A program made the position numbers and the translations under genes. Under the pieces are notes generated by a model that was not told the origin of the DNA, searched no databases, and was given only the letters and a program-made list of their open reading frames with translations. Positions 1-15,000 of a DNA stretch of 64,000 nucleotides are shown here, in pieces (the first letter of the stretch is position 1; the number at the start of each line of letters is the position of its first letter). Source of the stretch: the human T2T-CHM13v2.0 reference genome, Homo sapiens; assembly GCF_009914755.1 (NCBI RefSeq), contig NC_060933.1. One strand, 5' to 3'.

Positions 1-58
1 TTACACCGGGTTTATTCCATTCCATTCCATTCCATTCCATTCCATTCCATTCCGTTCC

Positions 59-3000
59 ATTCCGGAAGATTCCATTCCATTGCATTCCATTCCATTCCAT
101 TCCCCTGCACTCGCGTTGATTCCATTCCATTCCATTCCATTCCATCCCTTTCCGTTCCATTCCATTCCATTCCATTCCATTCCATTCCAATCCATTCCAT
201 TCCGTTCCATTCCATTCCATTCCAATCCATTCCATTCTATTCGGTTTAATTCCATTCCATTCCATTCGATTGCAATCGAGTTGATTCCATTCCATTCCAT
301 TCCATTCCATTCCATTATATTCCTTTCCATTCCATTACGGATGATTCCATTCCATTGCATTCCATTCCATTCCATTCCCCTGTACTCGGGTTTATTCCAT
401 TCCATTCCATTCCAATCCATGCCATTACACTCGTGTTGATTCCATTCTTTCCATTCCATTCAAGTTGAATCCATTCCATTGCATTCCATTCCATTCCATT
501 CCCCTGCAGTCGGGTTGATTCCATTCCATTCCATTCCATTCCATTCCATTCCATTCCATTCCGTTCCGTTACATTCCATTCCACTCCATTCTCTTCGGGT
601 TAATTCCATTCCATTCCATTACATTCCATTCCATTCCAATCGAGTTGATTCCATTCCATTCCATTCCATTCCATTCCACTCCATTCCAGTCCTTTCCATT
701 CCATTCCACTCGGGTTGATTCCAATGTATTCCTTTCCATTCCATTCCATTCCATTGCAATCGAGTTGATTCCATTCCTTTGCATTCCATTCCATTCCATT
801 CCATTCCGGATGATTCCATTCCGTTGCATTCCATACAAATCTAATCCCCTGCACTCGGGTTGATTCCATTCCATTCCACTCCATTCCGTTCCATTCCATT
901 CCATTCCATTGTATTCGGGTTAATTTCATTCCATTCCATTCCATTCCATTCCATTCCATTACAATCGAGTTGATTCCATTCCATTCCATTCCATTCCAGT
1001 CCTTTCCATTCCATTCCACTCGGGTTGATTCCATTCTATTAGTTTCCATTCCATTCCATTCCCTTCTATTCCACTCTGGTTGATTCCATTCCTTTCCATT
1101 CCACTCGAATACATTCCCTCCTATTCCACTCGGAACGATTCCATTGCATTCCATTCCATTCCATTCCATTCCATTCCATTCCATTTCGTTCCATTCCATT
1201 CTATTCCGTATCATTCCATTCCATTCCATTGCATTCCATTCCATTCCATTCCATTCCAATCCATTCCATTCCGTTGCATTCCATTCCATTACATTCGGAT
1301 TGATTCTATTCAACTCCCTTACTCTCCATTACATTCCATTCCATTCGGGTTGTTCAATTCCATTCCATTCCATTCCACTCCATTCCATTGCACTCGGGTT
1401 TATTCCATTCCATTCCATTCCATTCCATTCCATTCCGTTGCATTCCATTCCATTACATTCGGATTGATTCTATTCAACTCCCTTACTCTCCATTACATTC
1501 CATTCCATTCGGGTTGTTCCATTCCATTCCATTCCATTCCACTCCATTCCATTGCACTCGGGTTGATTCCATTCCATTCCATTCCATTCCATTCGATTCC
1601 GGATGATTCCATTCCATTGCATTCCGTTCCATTACATTCCCCTGCACTCGCGTTGATTCCATTCCATTCCACTCCATTCCATTCAATTCCATTCCATTAC
1701 AATTCGTTCCATTCCATTCTATTTCGTACCATTCCATTCCATTTCATACCATTCCATTCCATTCCATTCCATTCCATTCCATTCCGTTCCATTCCGTTCC
1801 ATTCCATTCCATTCGATTCTATTCGGGTTAATTCCATTCCATTCCATTCCATTCCATTCCATTCTATTCCATTCCATTGCAATCGAGTTGAATCCATTGC
1901 ATTTCATTCCATTCCATTCCATTCCATTCCATTCCGGAAGATTCCATTCCATTGCATTCCATTCCATTCCATTCGATTGCAATCGTGTTGATTCCATTCC
2001 ATTCCATTCCATTCCATTCCATTCCATTCCATTCCATTCCATTCCTGTCCATTCCATTACGGATGATTCCATTCCATTGCATTCCATTCCATTCCATTCC
2101 CCTGTACTCGGGTTGATTCCATTCCATTGCATTCCAATCCATGCCCTTCCACTCGTGTTGATTCCATTCTTTCCATACCATTCAATTTGAATCCATTCCA
2201 TTGCATTCCATTCCATTCGATTCCATTCGATTGCACTCGGGTTGATTCCATTCCATTCCATTCCATTCCATTCCATTCCATTCCATTAGGATTGATTCTA
2301 TTCAATTCACTAACACTCCATTACATTCCATTCCATTCGGGTAGTTTCCATTCCATTCCATTCCATTCCTTTCCATTCCATTGCACTCGGGTTGATTCCA
2401 TTCCATTGCATTCCATTCCATTCCATTCAATTCCATTCCGTTCCATTCCATTCCATTACATTCGAATTGATTCTATTCAACTCCCTTACTCTCCATTACA
2501 TTCCATTCCATTCGGGTTGTTCCATTCCATTCCATTCCATTCCACTCCATTCCATTGCACTCGGGTTGATTCCATTCCATTCCATTCCATTCCATTCCAT
2601 TCCATTCCGGAAGATTCCATTCCATTGCATTCCATTCTATTCCATTCCCCTGCACTCGCGTTGATTCCATACCATTCCATTCTATTCCATTCCATTCCCT
2701 TCCTTTCCGTTCCGTTCCATTCCATTCCATTCCATTCCATTCCATTCCATTCCATTCCTTTCCATTCCATTACGGATGATTCCATTCCATTGCATTCCAT
2801 TCCATTCCATTCCCCTGTACTCGGGTTGATTCCATTCCATTCCATTCCAATCCTTGCCATTCCACTCGTGTTGATTCCATTCTTTCCATTCCATTCAAGT
2901 TGAATCCATTCCATTGCATTCCATTCCATTCGATTCCATTCGATTGCCCTCGGGTTGATTCCATTCCATTGCATTCCATTCCATTCCATTCCATTCCATT

Positions 3001-6000
3001 CCGTTCCATTCCATTTCATTACATTCAGATTGATTCTATTCAATTCCCTTACACTCCATTATATTCCAATCCATTCTGGTTGTTTCCATTCCATTCCATT
3101 CCATTTCACTCCATTCCATTGCACTCGTGTTGATTCCATTCTATTCCATTCCATTGCATTCCATTCCATTCCATTCCGGATGATTCCATTCCATTGCATT
3201 CCATTCCATTCCATTCCCCTGCACTCGGGTTGATTCCATTCCATTCCATTCCATTCCATTCCGTTCCATTCCATTCCATTCCATTCGGATTGATTCTATT
3301 CAATTCCCTTACACTCCATTACATTCCATTCCATTCGGGTAGTTTCCATTGCATTCCATTCCATTCCTCTCCATTCCATTGCACTCGGGTTGATTCCATT
3401 CCATTCCATTCCATTCCATTCCGTTCCATTACATTACTTTCCATTCGATTCCGTTCCATTGTACTCGGGTTGATTCCATTCCATTGCATTCCATTCCATT
3501 CCATTCCATTCCATTCCATACCGTTCCTTTCCATTACATTCGTATTGATTCTATTCAACTCCCTTACTCTCCATTACATTCCATTCCATTCGGGTTGTTC
3601 CATTCCATTCCATTCCATTCCACTCCATTCCATTGCACTCGGGTTGATTCCATTCCATTCCATTCCATTCCATTCCATTCCATTCCATTCCATTCCGGAT
3701 GATTCCATTCCATTGCATTCCGTTCCATTACATTCCCCTGCACTCAGGTTGATTCCATTCCATTCGATTCCATTCCATTCCATTCCATTCCAATTCTTTC
3801 CATTCCATTCTATTCCGTACCATTCCATTCCATTCCATACAATTCCATTCCATTCCATTCCACTCCGTTGCGTTCCGTTCCGTTCCGTTCCGTTCCATTC
3901 CATTCCATTCCATTCTATTCGGTTTAATACCATTCCATTCCATTCCATTCCATTCTATTCCATTCCATTCTATTCCATTCCATTGCAATCGAGTTGAATC
4001 CATTGCATTCCATTCCATTCCATTCCATTCCATTCCATTCCATTCCGGAAGATTCCATTCCATTGCATTCCATTCCATTCCATTCCATTCCATTCCATTC
4101 CATTCCATTCCATTGTACTCGGGTTGATTCCATTCCATTGCATTCCATTCCATTCCATTCCATTCCGTTCCATTCCATTCCATTACATTCGGATTGATTC
4201 TTTTCAACTCCCTTACTCTCCATTACAATCCATTCCATTCGGGTTGCTCCATTCCATTCCATTCCATTCCACTCCATTCCATTGCACTCGGGTTGATTCC
4301 ATTCCATTCCATTCCATTCCATTCCATTCCAGATGATTCCATTCCATTGCATTCCGTTCCATTACATTCCCCTGCACTCGGGTTGATTCCATTCCATTCC
4401 ATTCCATTCCATTCGATTCCATTCCATTCCCCTGCACTCGCGTTGATTCCATTCCATTCCATTCCTTTCCATTCCAGTCCTTTCCATTACATTCCACTCG
4501 GGTTGATTCCATTCTATTAGTTTCCATTCCATTCCATTCCCTTCCATTCCACTCTGGTTGATTCCATTCCTTTCCATTCCACTCGAATACATTCCCTCTT
4601 ATTCCACTCGGAACGATTCCATTCCATTCCATTCCATTCCATTCCATTGCAATCGAGTTGAATCCATTGCATTTCATTCCATTCCATTCCATTCCATTCC
4701 ATTCCAGAAGATTCCATTCCATTGCATTCCATTCCATTCCATTCCCCTGCACTCTCGTTGATTCCATTCCATTCCATTCCATTCCATTCCATTCCATTCC
4801 ATTCCGTTCCGTTCCGTTCCGTTCCGTTCCGTTCCATTCCATTCCATTCCATTCCATTCCATTCCGTTCCGTTCCATTCCATTCCATTCCATTCTATTCG
4901 GTTTAATTCCATTCCATTCCATTCGATTGCAATCGAGTTGATTCCATTCCATTCCATTCCATTCCATTCCATTCCATTCAAATCCATTCCATTCCTTTCC
5001 ATTCCATTACGGATTATTCCATTCCATTGCATTCCATTCTATTCCATTCCCCTGTACTCGGGTTGATTCCATTCCATTCCATTTCAATCCATGCCATTCC
5101 ACTCGTGTTGATTCCATTCTTTACATTCCATTCAAGTTGAATGCATTCCATTGCATTCCATTCCATTCGATTCCATTCGATTGCACTCGGGTTGATTCCA
5201 TTCCATTGCATTCCATTCCATTCCATTCCATTCCATTCCATTCCTTTCCATTCCATTCCATTACATTCGGATTGATTCTATTCAATTCCCTTACACTCCA
5301 TTACATTCCATTCCATTCGGGTAGATTCCATTCCCTTCCATTCCTCTCCATTCCATTGCACTCGGGTTGATTCCATTCCATTGCATTCCATTCCATTCCA
5401 TTCCATTCCATTCCGTTCCATTCCATTCCATTACATTCGGATTGATTCTATTCAACTCCCTTACTCTCCATTACATTACATTCCATTTGGGTTGTTCCAT
5501 TCCATTCCATTCCATTCCACTCCATTCCATTGCACTCGGGTTTATTCCATTCAATTCCATTCCATTCCATTCCATTCCATTCCGGAAGATTCCATTCCAT
5601 TGCATTCCATTCCATTCCATTCCCCTGCACTCGGGTTGATTCCATTCCATTCCATTCCATTCCATTCCATTCCATTCCATTCCTTTCCGTTCCATTCCAT
5701 TCCATTCCATTCCATTCCATTCCATTCAGTTCCGTTCCGTTCCATTCCATTCCATTCCATTCTATTCGGGTTAATTCCATTCCATTGCATTCGATTGCAA
5801 TCGAGTTGATTCCATTCCATTCCATTCCATTCCATTCCATTCCTTTCCATTCCATTACGGATGATTCCATTCCATTGCATTCCATTCCATTCCTTTCCCC
5901 TGTACTCGGGTTGATTCCATTCCATTCCATTCCAATCCATGCCATTCCACTCGTGTTGATTCCATTCTTTCCATTCCATTCAAGTTGAATCCATTCCATT

Positions 6001-9000
6001 GCTTTCCATTCCATTCCATTCCCCTGCAGTCGGGTTGATTCCATTCCATTCCATTCCATTCCATTCCATTTCATTCCGTTCCGTTCCGTTCCGTTCCATT
6101 CCATTCCATTCAATTCTATTCGGGTTAATTCCACTCCATTCCATTCCATTCCAATCGAGTTGATTCTATCCCATTCCATTCCATTCCACTCCACTCCATT
6201 CCAGTCCTTTCCATTCCATTCCACTCGGGTTGATTCCAATGTATTCCTTTCCATTCCATTCCATTCCATTGCAATCGAGTTGATTCCATTGCTTTGCATT
6301 CCATTCCATTCCATTCCATTCCGGATGATTCCATTCCATTGCATTCCATTCCATTCCATTCCCCTGCACTCGGGTTGATTCCATTCCATTCCACTCCATT
6401 CCGTTCCATTCCATTCCATTCCATTGTATTCGGGTTAATTCCATTCCATTCCAGTCCATTCCATTCCATTCCATTCCATTACAATCGAGTTGATTCCATT
6501 CCATTCCATTCCATTCCATTCCATTCCAGTCCTTTCCATTCCATTCCACTCGGGTTGATTCCATTCTATTAGTTTCCATTCCATTACATTCCCTTCCATT
6601 CCACTCTGCTGATTCCATTCCTTTCCATTCCACTCGAATACATTCCCTCCTATTCCACTCGGAATGATTCCATTCCATTCCATTCCATTCCATTCCATTG
6701 TACTCGGGATGATTCCATTCCATTGCATTCCATTCCATTCCATTACGGATGATTCCATTCCATTGCATTCCATTCCATTCCATTCCCCTGCACTCGGGTT
6801 GATTCCATTCCATTCCATTCCATTACATTCCGTTCCATTCCATTCCATTCCATTCGGATTGATTCTATTCAATTCCCTTACACTCCATTACATTCCATTC
6901 CATTCGGGTAGTTTCCATTCCATTCCATTCCTCTCCATTCCATTGCACTCAGGTTGATTCCATTCCATTCCATTCCATTCCATTCCATTCCATTCCATTC
7001 GATTCCATTCCATTCCAATTCTTTCCATTCCATTCTATTCCGTACCATTCCATTCCATTCCATACAATTCCATTCCATTCCTTTCCATTCTGTTCGGGTT
7101 AATTCCATTGCATTCCATTCCTTTCCATTCTATTCCATTCCATTGCAATCGAGTTGAATCCATTGCATTCCATTCCATTCCATTCCGGAAGATTCCATTC
7201 CAATGCATTCCATTCCATTCCATTCCCCTGCACTCGCGTTGATTCCATTCCATTCCATTCCATTCCATTCCATTCCCATCCGTTCCATTCCATTCCATTC
7301 CATTCCATTCTATTCCGTTCCGTTCCGTTCCATTCCATTCCATTCAATTCCATTCCATGCGGGTTAATTCCATTCCCTTCCATTCGATTGCAATCGAGTT
7401 GATTCCATTCCATTCCATTCCATTCCATTCCATTCCATTCCATTCCATTCCTTTCCATTACATTACGTATGATTCCATTCCATTTCATTCCATTCCATTC
7501 CATTCCCCTGTACTCGGGTTGATTCCATTCCATTCCATTCCAATCCATGCCATTCCACTCGTGTTGATTCCATTCTTTCCATTCCATTCAAGTTGAATCC
7601 ATTCCATTGCATTCCATTCCATTCGATTCCATTCGATTGCACTCGGGTTGATTCCATGGCATTGCATTCCATTCCATTCCATTCCATTCCTTTCCATTCC
7701 ATTCCATTCCATTCGGATTCATTCTATTCAATTCCCTTACACTCCGTTACATTCCATTCCATTCGGGTAGTTTCCATTCCATTCCATTCCATTCCTCTCC
7801 ATTCCATTGCACTCGGGTTGATTCCATTCCATTCCATTCCATTCCATTCCGGATGATTCCATTCCATTGAATTCCATTCCATTCCATTCCCCTGCACTTG
7901 GGTTGATTCCATTCCATTCCATTCCATTCCTTTCTGTTCCATTCCATTCCATTCCATTCCATTCTATTCGTGTTAATTCCATTCAATTCTATTCCATTCC
8001 ATTCCATTGAAATCGAGTTGATTCCATTCCATTCCATTCCATTCCATTCCATTCCATTCCATTCCGGATGATTCCATTGCATTGCATTCCTTTCCATTCC
8101 ATTCCCCTGCACTCAGGTTGATTCCATTCGATTCCATTGCATTACATTCCGTTCCATTCCGTTCCATTTCATTCTATTCGGGTTAATTCCATTCCATTGC
8201 ATTCCACTCCATTCCAGTCCTTTCCATTCCATTCCACTCGGGTTGATTCCATTCCATTCCTTTCCATTCCATTCCATTCCATTGCAATCGAGTTGATTTC
8301 ATTCGAGTTGAATCCATTCCATTCCATTCCATTCCATTGCACACGGGTTCATTCCATTCCATTCCATTCCATTCCATTCCATTCCATTCCATTCCATTTC
8401 ATTCCATTCCATTCTATTCCGTACCATTCCATTCCATCCCATTCCATTCCGTTCCATTCCATGCCATTACACTCGGGTTGATTCCATTCCTTTCCATTCC
8501 ATTCTTGTTGAATCCATTCCATTCCATTCCATTCCATTCCAATCCATTCCATTGCACTCGGGTTGATTCCATTCCATTCCATTCCATTCCATTTCATTCC
8601 ATTCCATTCCATTACATTCGGATTGATTCTATTCAATTCCCTTACACTCCATTACATTCCATTCCATTCGGGATGTTTCCATTCCATTCCATTCCATTCC
8701 ACTCCATTCCATTGCATCAGGTTGATGGCATTGTATTCCATTCCATTCCATTCCGGATGATTCCATTCCATTGCATTCCATTCCATTCCATTCCCCTGCA
8801 CTCGGGTTGATTCCATTCCATTCCATTCCATTCCATTCCATTCCGTTCCATTCCATTCCATTCCATTCTATTCCGGTTAATTCCATTCCATTACATTCGA
8901 TTCCATTCCATTCCCTTCCATTCCATTGCAATCGAGTTGATTCCATTCCATTCCATTCCATTCCGTTCCGGATGATTCCATTCCATTCCATTCCATTCCA

Positions 9001-12000
9001 TTCCCCTGCAGTCGGGTTGATACCATTCCATTCCATTCCATTCCATTCCATTCCGTTCCGTTCCATTCCATTCCATTCCATTCTATTCGGGTTAATCCCA
9101 TTCCATTCCATTCCATTCCATTCCATTCCATTCCAATCGAGTTGATTCCATTCCATTCCATTCCATTCCATTCCATTCCACTCCATTCCAGTCCTTTCCA
9201 TTCCATTACACTCGGGTTGACTCCATTCTATTCCTTTCCATTCCATTCCATTCCATTGCAATCGAGTTGATTCCATTGCTTTGCATTCCATTCCATTCCA
9301 TTCCATTCCGGATGATTCCATTCCGTTGCATTCCATTCCATTCCATTCCCCTGCACTCGGGTTGATTAAATTCCATTCCACTCCATTCCGTTCCCTTCCA
9401 TTCCTTTCCATTGTATTCGGGTTAATTCCATTCCATTCCAGTCCATTCCATTCCATTACAATCGAGGTGATTCCATTGCATTCCATTCCATTCCAGTCCT
9501 TTCCATTCCATTCCACTCGGGTTGATTCCATTCTATTAGTTTCCATTCCATTCCATTCCCTTCCATTCCACTCTGCTGATTCCATTCCTTTCCATTCCAC
9601 TCGAATACATTCCCTCCTATTCCACTCGGAAGGATTCCATTCCATTGCATTCCATTCCATTCCATTCCATTCCATTTCGTTCCATTCCATTCTATTCCGT
9701 ATCATTCCATTCCATTCCATTCCATTCCATTCCATTCCATTCCACTCGTGTTGATTCCATTCCTTTCCATTCCATTAGGTTTGAAGGCATTCCATTCCAT
9801 TCTATTCCATTCCATTCCATTCCATTCCATTCCATTCCATTGTACTCGGGATGATTCCATTCCATTGCATTCCATTCCATTCCATTCCGGATGATTCCAT
9901 TCCATTGCATTCCATTCCATTCCATTCCCCTGCACTCGGGTTGATTCCATTCCATTCCATTCCATTACATTCCGTTCCATTCCATTCCATTCCATTCGGA
10001 TTGATTCTATTCAATTCCCTTACACTCCATTACATTCCATTCCATTCGGGTTGTTTCCATTCCATTCCATTCCATTCCTCTCCATTCCATTGCACTCAGG
10101 TTGATTCCATTCCATTCCATTCCATTCCATTCGATTCCATTCCATTCCAATTCTTTCCATTCCATTCTCTTCCGTACCATTCCATTCCATTCCATACAAT
10201 TCCATTCCATTCCTTTCCATTCTGTTCGGGTTAATTCCATTCCATTCCATTCCTTTCCATTCTATTCCATTCCATTGCAATCGAGTTGAATCCATTGCAT
10301 TCCATTCCATTCCATTCCGGAAGATTCCATTCCAATGCATTCCATTCCATTCCATTCCCCTGCACTCGCCTTGATTTCATTCCATTCCATTCCATTCCAT
10401 TCCATTCCGATCCGTTCCATTCCATTCCATTCCATTCCATTCTATTCCATTCCGTTCCGTTCCATTCCATTCCATTCCATTCCATTCTATGCGGGTTAAT
10501 TCCATTCCATTCCATTCGATTGCAATCGAGTTGATTCCATTCCATTCCATTCCATTCCATTCCATTCCATTCCATTCCATTCCTTTCCATTACATTACTT
10601 ATGATTCCATTCCATTTCATTCCATTCCATTCCATTCCCCTGTACTCGGGTTGATTCCATTCCATTCCATTCCAATCCATGCCATTCCACTCGTGTTGAT
10701 TCCATTCTTTCCATTCCATTCAAGTTGAATCCATTCCATTGCATTCCATTCCATTCGATTCCATTCGATTGCACTCGGGTTGATTCCATGGCATTGCATT
10801 CCATTCCATTCCATTCCATTCCTTTCCATTCCATTCCATTCCATTCGGATTCATTCTATTCAATTCCCTTACACTCCATTACATTCCATTCCATTCGGGT
10901 AGTTTCCATTCCATTCCATTCCATTCCTCTCCATTCCATTGCACTCGGGTTGATTCCATTCCATTCCATTCCATTCCATTCCATTCCTTTCCGTTCCATT
11001 CCATTCCATTCCATTCCATTCCAATCCATTCCACTCCGTTCCGTTCCGTTCCATTCCATTCCATTCCATTCTATTCGGGTTAGTTCCATTCCATTCCATT
11101 CGGATTGTTCCATTCCATTCCATTCCATTCCACTCCATTCCATTGCACTCGGGTTTATTCCATTCCATTCCATTCCATTCCATTCCATTCCATTCCGGAA
11201 GATTCCATTCCATTGCATTCCATTCTATTCCATTCCCCTGCACTCGCGTTGATTAAATTCCATTCCACTCCATTCCGTTCCCTTCCATTCCTTTCCATTG
11301 TATTCGGGTTAATTCCATTCCATTCCAGTCCATTCCATTCCATTACAATCGAGGTGATTCCAATGCATTCCATTCCATTCCATTCCAGTCCTTTCCATTC
11401 CATTCCACTCGGGTTGATTCCATTCTATTAGTTTCCATTCCATTCCATTCCCTTCCATTCCACTCTGCTGATTCCATTCCTTTCCATTCCACTCGAATAC
11501 ATTCCCTCCTATTCCACTCGGAAGGATTCCATTCCATTGCATTCCATTCCATTCCATTCCATTCCATTTCGTTCCATTCCATTCTATTCCGTATCATTCC
11601 ATTCCATTCCATTCCATTCCATTCCATTCCACTCGTGTTGATTCCATTCCTTTCCATTCCATTAGGTTTGAAGGCATTCCATTCCATTCTATTCCATTCC
11701 ATTCCATTCCATTCCATTCCATTCCATTGTACTCGGGATGATTCCATTCCATTGCATTCCATTCCATTCCATTCCGGATGATTCCATTCCATTGCATTCC
11801 ATTCCATTCCATTCCCCTGCACTCGGGTTGATTCCATTCCATTCCATTCCATTACATTCCGTTCCATTCCATTCCATTCCATTCGGATTGATTCTATTCA
11901 ATTCCCTTACACTCCATTACATTCCATTCCATTCGGGTTGTTTCCATTCCATTCCATTCCATTCCTCTCCATTCCATTGCACTCAGGTTGATTCCATTCC

Positions 12001-15000
12001 ATTCCATTCCATTCCATTCCATTCGATTCCATTCCATTCCAATTCTTTCCATTCCATTCTATTCCGTACCATTCCATTCCATTCCATACAATTCCATTCC
12101 ATTCCTTTCCATTCTGTTCGGGTTAATTCCATTCCATTCCATTCCTTTCCATTCTATTCCATTCCATTGCAATCGAGTTGAATCCATTGCATTCCATTCC
12201 ATTCCATTCCGGAAGATTCCATTCCAATGCATTCCATTCCATTCCATTCCCCTGCACTCGGGTTGATTTCATTCCATTCCATTCCATTCCATTCCGATCC
12301 GTTCCATTCCATTCCATTCCATTCCATTCTATTCCATTCCGTTCCGTTCCATTCCATTCCATTCCATTCCATTCTATGCGGGTTAATTCCATTCCATTCC
12401 ATTCGATTGCAATCGAGTTGATTCCATTCCATTCCATTCCATTCCATTCCATTCCATTCCATTCCATTCCTTTCCATTACATTACGTATGATTCCATTCC
12501 ATTTCATTCCATTCCATTCCATTCCCCTGTACTCGGGTTGATTCCATTCCATTCCATTCCAATCCATGCCATTCCACTCGTGTTGATTCCATTCTTTCCA
12601 TTCCATTCAAGTTGAATCCATTCCATTGCATTCCATTCCATTCGATTCCATTCGATTGCACTCGGGTTGATTCCATGGCATTGCATTCCATTCCATTCCA
12701 TTCCATTCCTTTCCATTCCATTCCATTCCATTCGGATTCATTCTATTCAATTCCCTTACACTCCATTACATTCCATTCCATTCGGGTAGTTTCCATTCCA
12801 TTCCATTCCATTCCTCTCCATTCCATTGCACTCGGGTTGATTCCATTCCATTCCATTCCATTGCATTCCATTCCATTCCATTCCGGATGATTCCATTCCA
12901 TTGCATTCCATTCCATTCCATTCCCCTGCACTCGGGTTGATTCCATTCCATTCCATTCCATTACATTCCGTTCCATTCCATTCCATTCCATTCGGATTGA
13001 TTCTATTCAATTCCCTTACACTCCATTACATTCCATTCCATTCGGGTAGTTTCCATTCCATTCCATTCCATTCCTCTCCATTCCATTGCACTCAGGTTGA
13101 TTCCATTCCATTCCATTCCATTCCATTCGATTCCATTCCATTCCAATTCTTTCCATTCCATTCTATTCCGTACCATTCCATTCCATTCCATACAATTCCA
13201 TTCCATTCCTTTCCATTCTGTTCGGGTTAATTCCATTCCATTCCATTCCTTTCCATTCTATTCCATTCCATTGCAATCGAGTTGAATCCATTGCATTCCA
13301 TTCCATTCCATTCCGGAAGATTCCATTCCAATGCATTCCATTCCATTCCATTCCCCTGCACTCGCGTTGATTTCATTCCATTCCATTCCATTCCATTCCA
13401 TTCTATTCCATTCCGTTCCGTTCCATTCCATTCCATTCCATTCCATTCTATGCGGGTTAATTCCATTCCATTCCATTCGATTGCAATCGAGTTGATTCCA
13501 TTCCATTCCATTCCATTCCATTCCATTCCATTCCATTACGTATGATTCCATTCCATTTCATTCCATTCCATTCCATTCCCCTGTACTCGGGTTGATTTCA
13601 TTCCATTCCATTCCAATCCATGCCATTCCACTCGTGTTGATTCCATTCTTTCCATTCCATTCAAGTTGAATCCATTCCATTGCATTCCATTCCATTCGAT
13701 TCCATTCGATTGCACTCGGGTTGATTCCATGGCATTGCATTCCATTCCATTCCATTCCATTCCTTTCCATTCCATTCCATTCCATTCGGATTCATTCTAT
13801 TCAATTCCCTTACACTCCATTACATTCCATTCCATTCGGGTAGTTTCCATTCCATTCCATTCCATTCCTCTCCATTCCATTGCACTCGGGTTGATTCCAT
13901 TCCATTCCATTCCATTCCATTCCATTCCGGATGATTCCATTCCATTGAATTCCATTCCATTCCATTCCCCTGCACTTGGGTTGATTCCATTCCATTCCAT
14001 TCCATTCCTTTCTGTTCCATTCCATTCCATTCCATTCTATTCGTGTTAATTCCATTCCATTCTATTCCATTCCATTCCATTGAAATCGAGTTGATTCCAT
14101 TCCATTCCATTCCATTCCATTCCATTCCATTCCATTCCATTCCATTCCGGATGATTCCATTGCATTGCATTCCATTCCATTCCATTCCCCTGCACTCGGG
14201 TTGATTCCATTCGATTCCATTGCATTACATTCCGTTCCATTCCGTTCCATTTAATTCTATTCGGGTTAATTCCATTCCATTGCATTCCACTCCATTCCAG
14301 TCCTTTCCATTCCATTCCACTCGGGTTGATTCCATTCTATTCCTTTCCATTCCATTCCATTCCATTGCAATCGAGTTGATTCCATTCGAGTTGAATCCAT
14401 TCCATTCCATTCCATTCCATTGCACACGGGTTCATTCCATTCCATTCCATTCCATTCCATTCCATTCCATTCCATTCCATTCCATTTCATTCCATTCCAT
14501 TCTATTCCGTACCATTCCATTCCATCCCATTCCATTCCGTTCCATTCCATGCCATTACACTCGGGTTGATTCCATTCCTTTCCATTCCATTCTTGTTGAA
14601 TCCATTCCATTCCCTTCCATTCCATTCGAATCCATTCCATTGCACTCGGGTTGATTCCATTCCATTCCATTCCATTCCATTTCATTCCATTCCATTCCAT
14701 TACATTCGGATTGATTCTATTCAATTCCCTTACACTCCATTACATTCCATTCCATTCGGGATGTTTCCATTCCATTCCATTCCATTCCACTCCATTCCAT
14801 TGAATCAGGTTGATGGCATTCCATTCCATTCCATTCCATTCCGGATGATTCCATTCCATTGCATTCCATTCCATTCCATTCCCCTGCACTCGGGTTGATT
14901 CCATTCCATTCCATTCCATTCCACTCCATTCCATTGCGTTCCATTCCATTCCATTCCATTCTATTCCGGTTAATTCCATTCCATTACATTCGATTCCATT

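Noticed and set aside
1298-1312. DUX4-like motif in GATTGATTCTATTCA
   Set aside because: Multiple mismatches to the TAAYYYAATCA-type consensus; not supportable from sequence.
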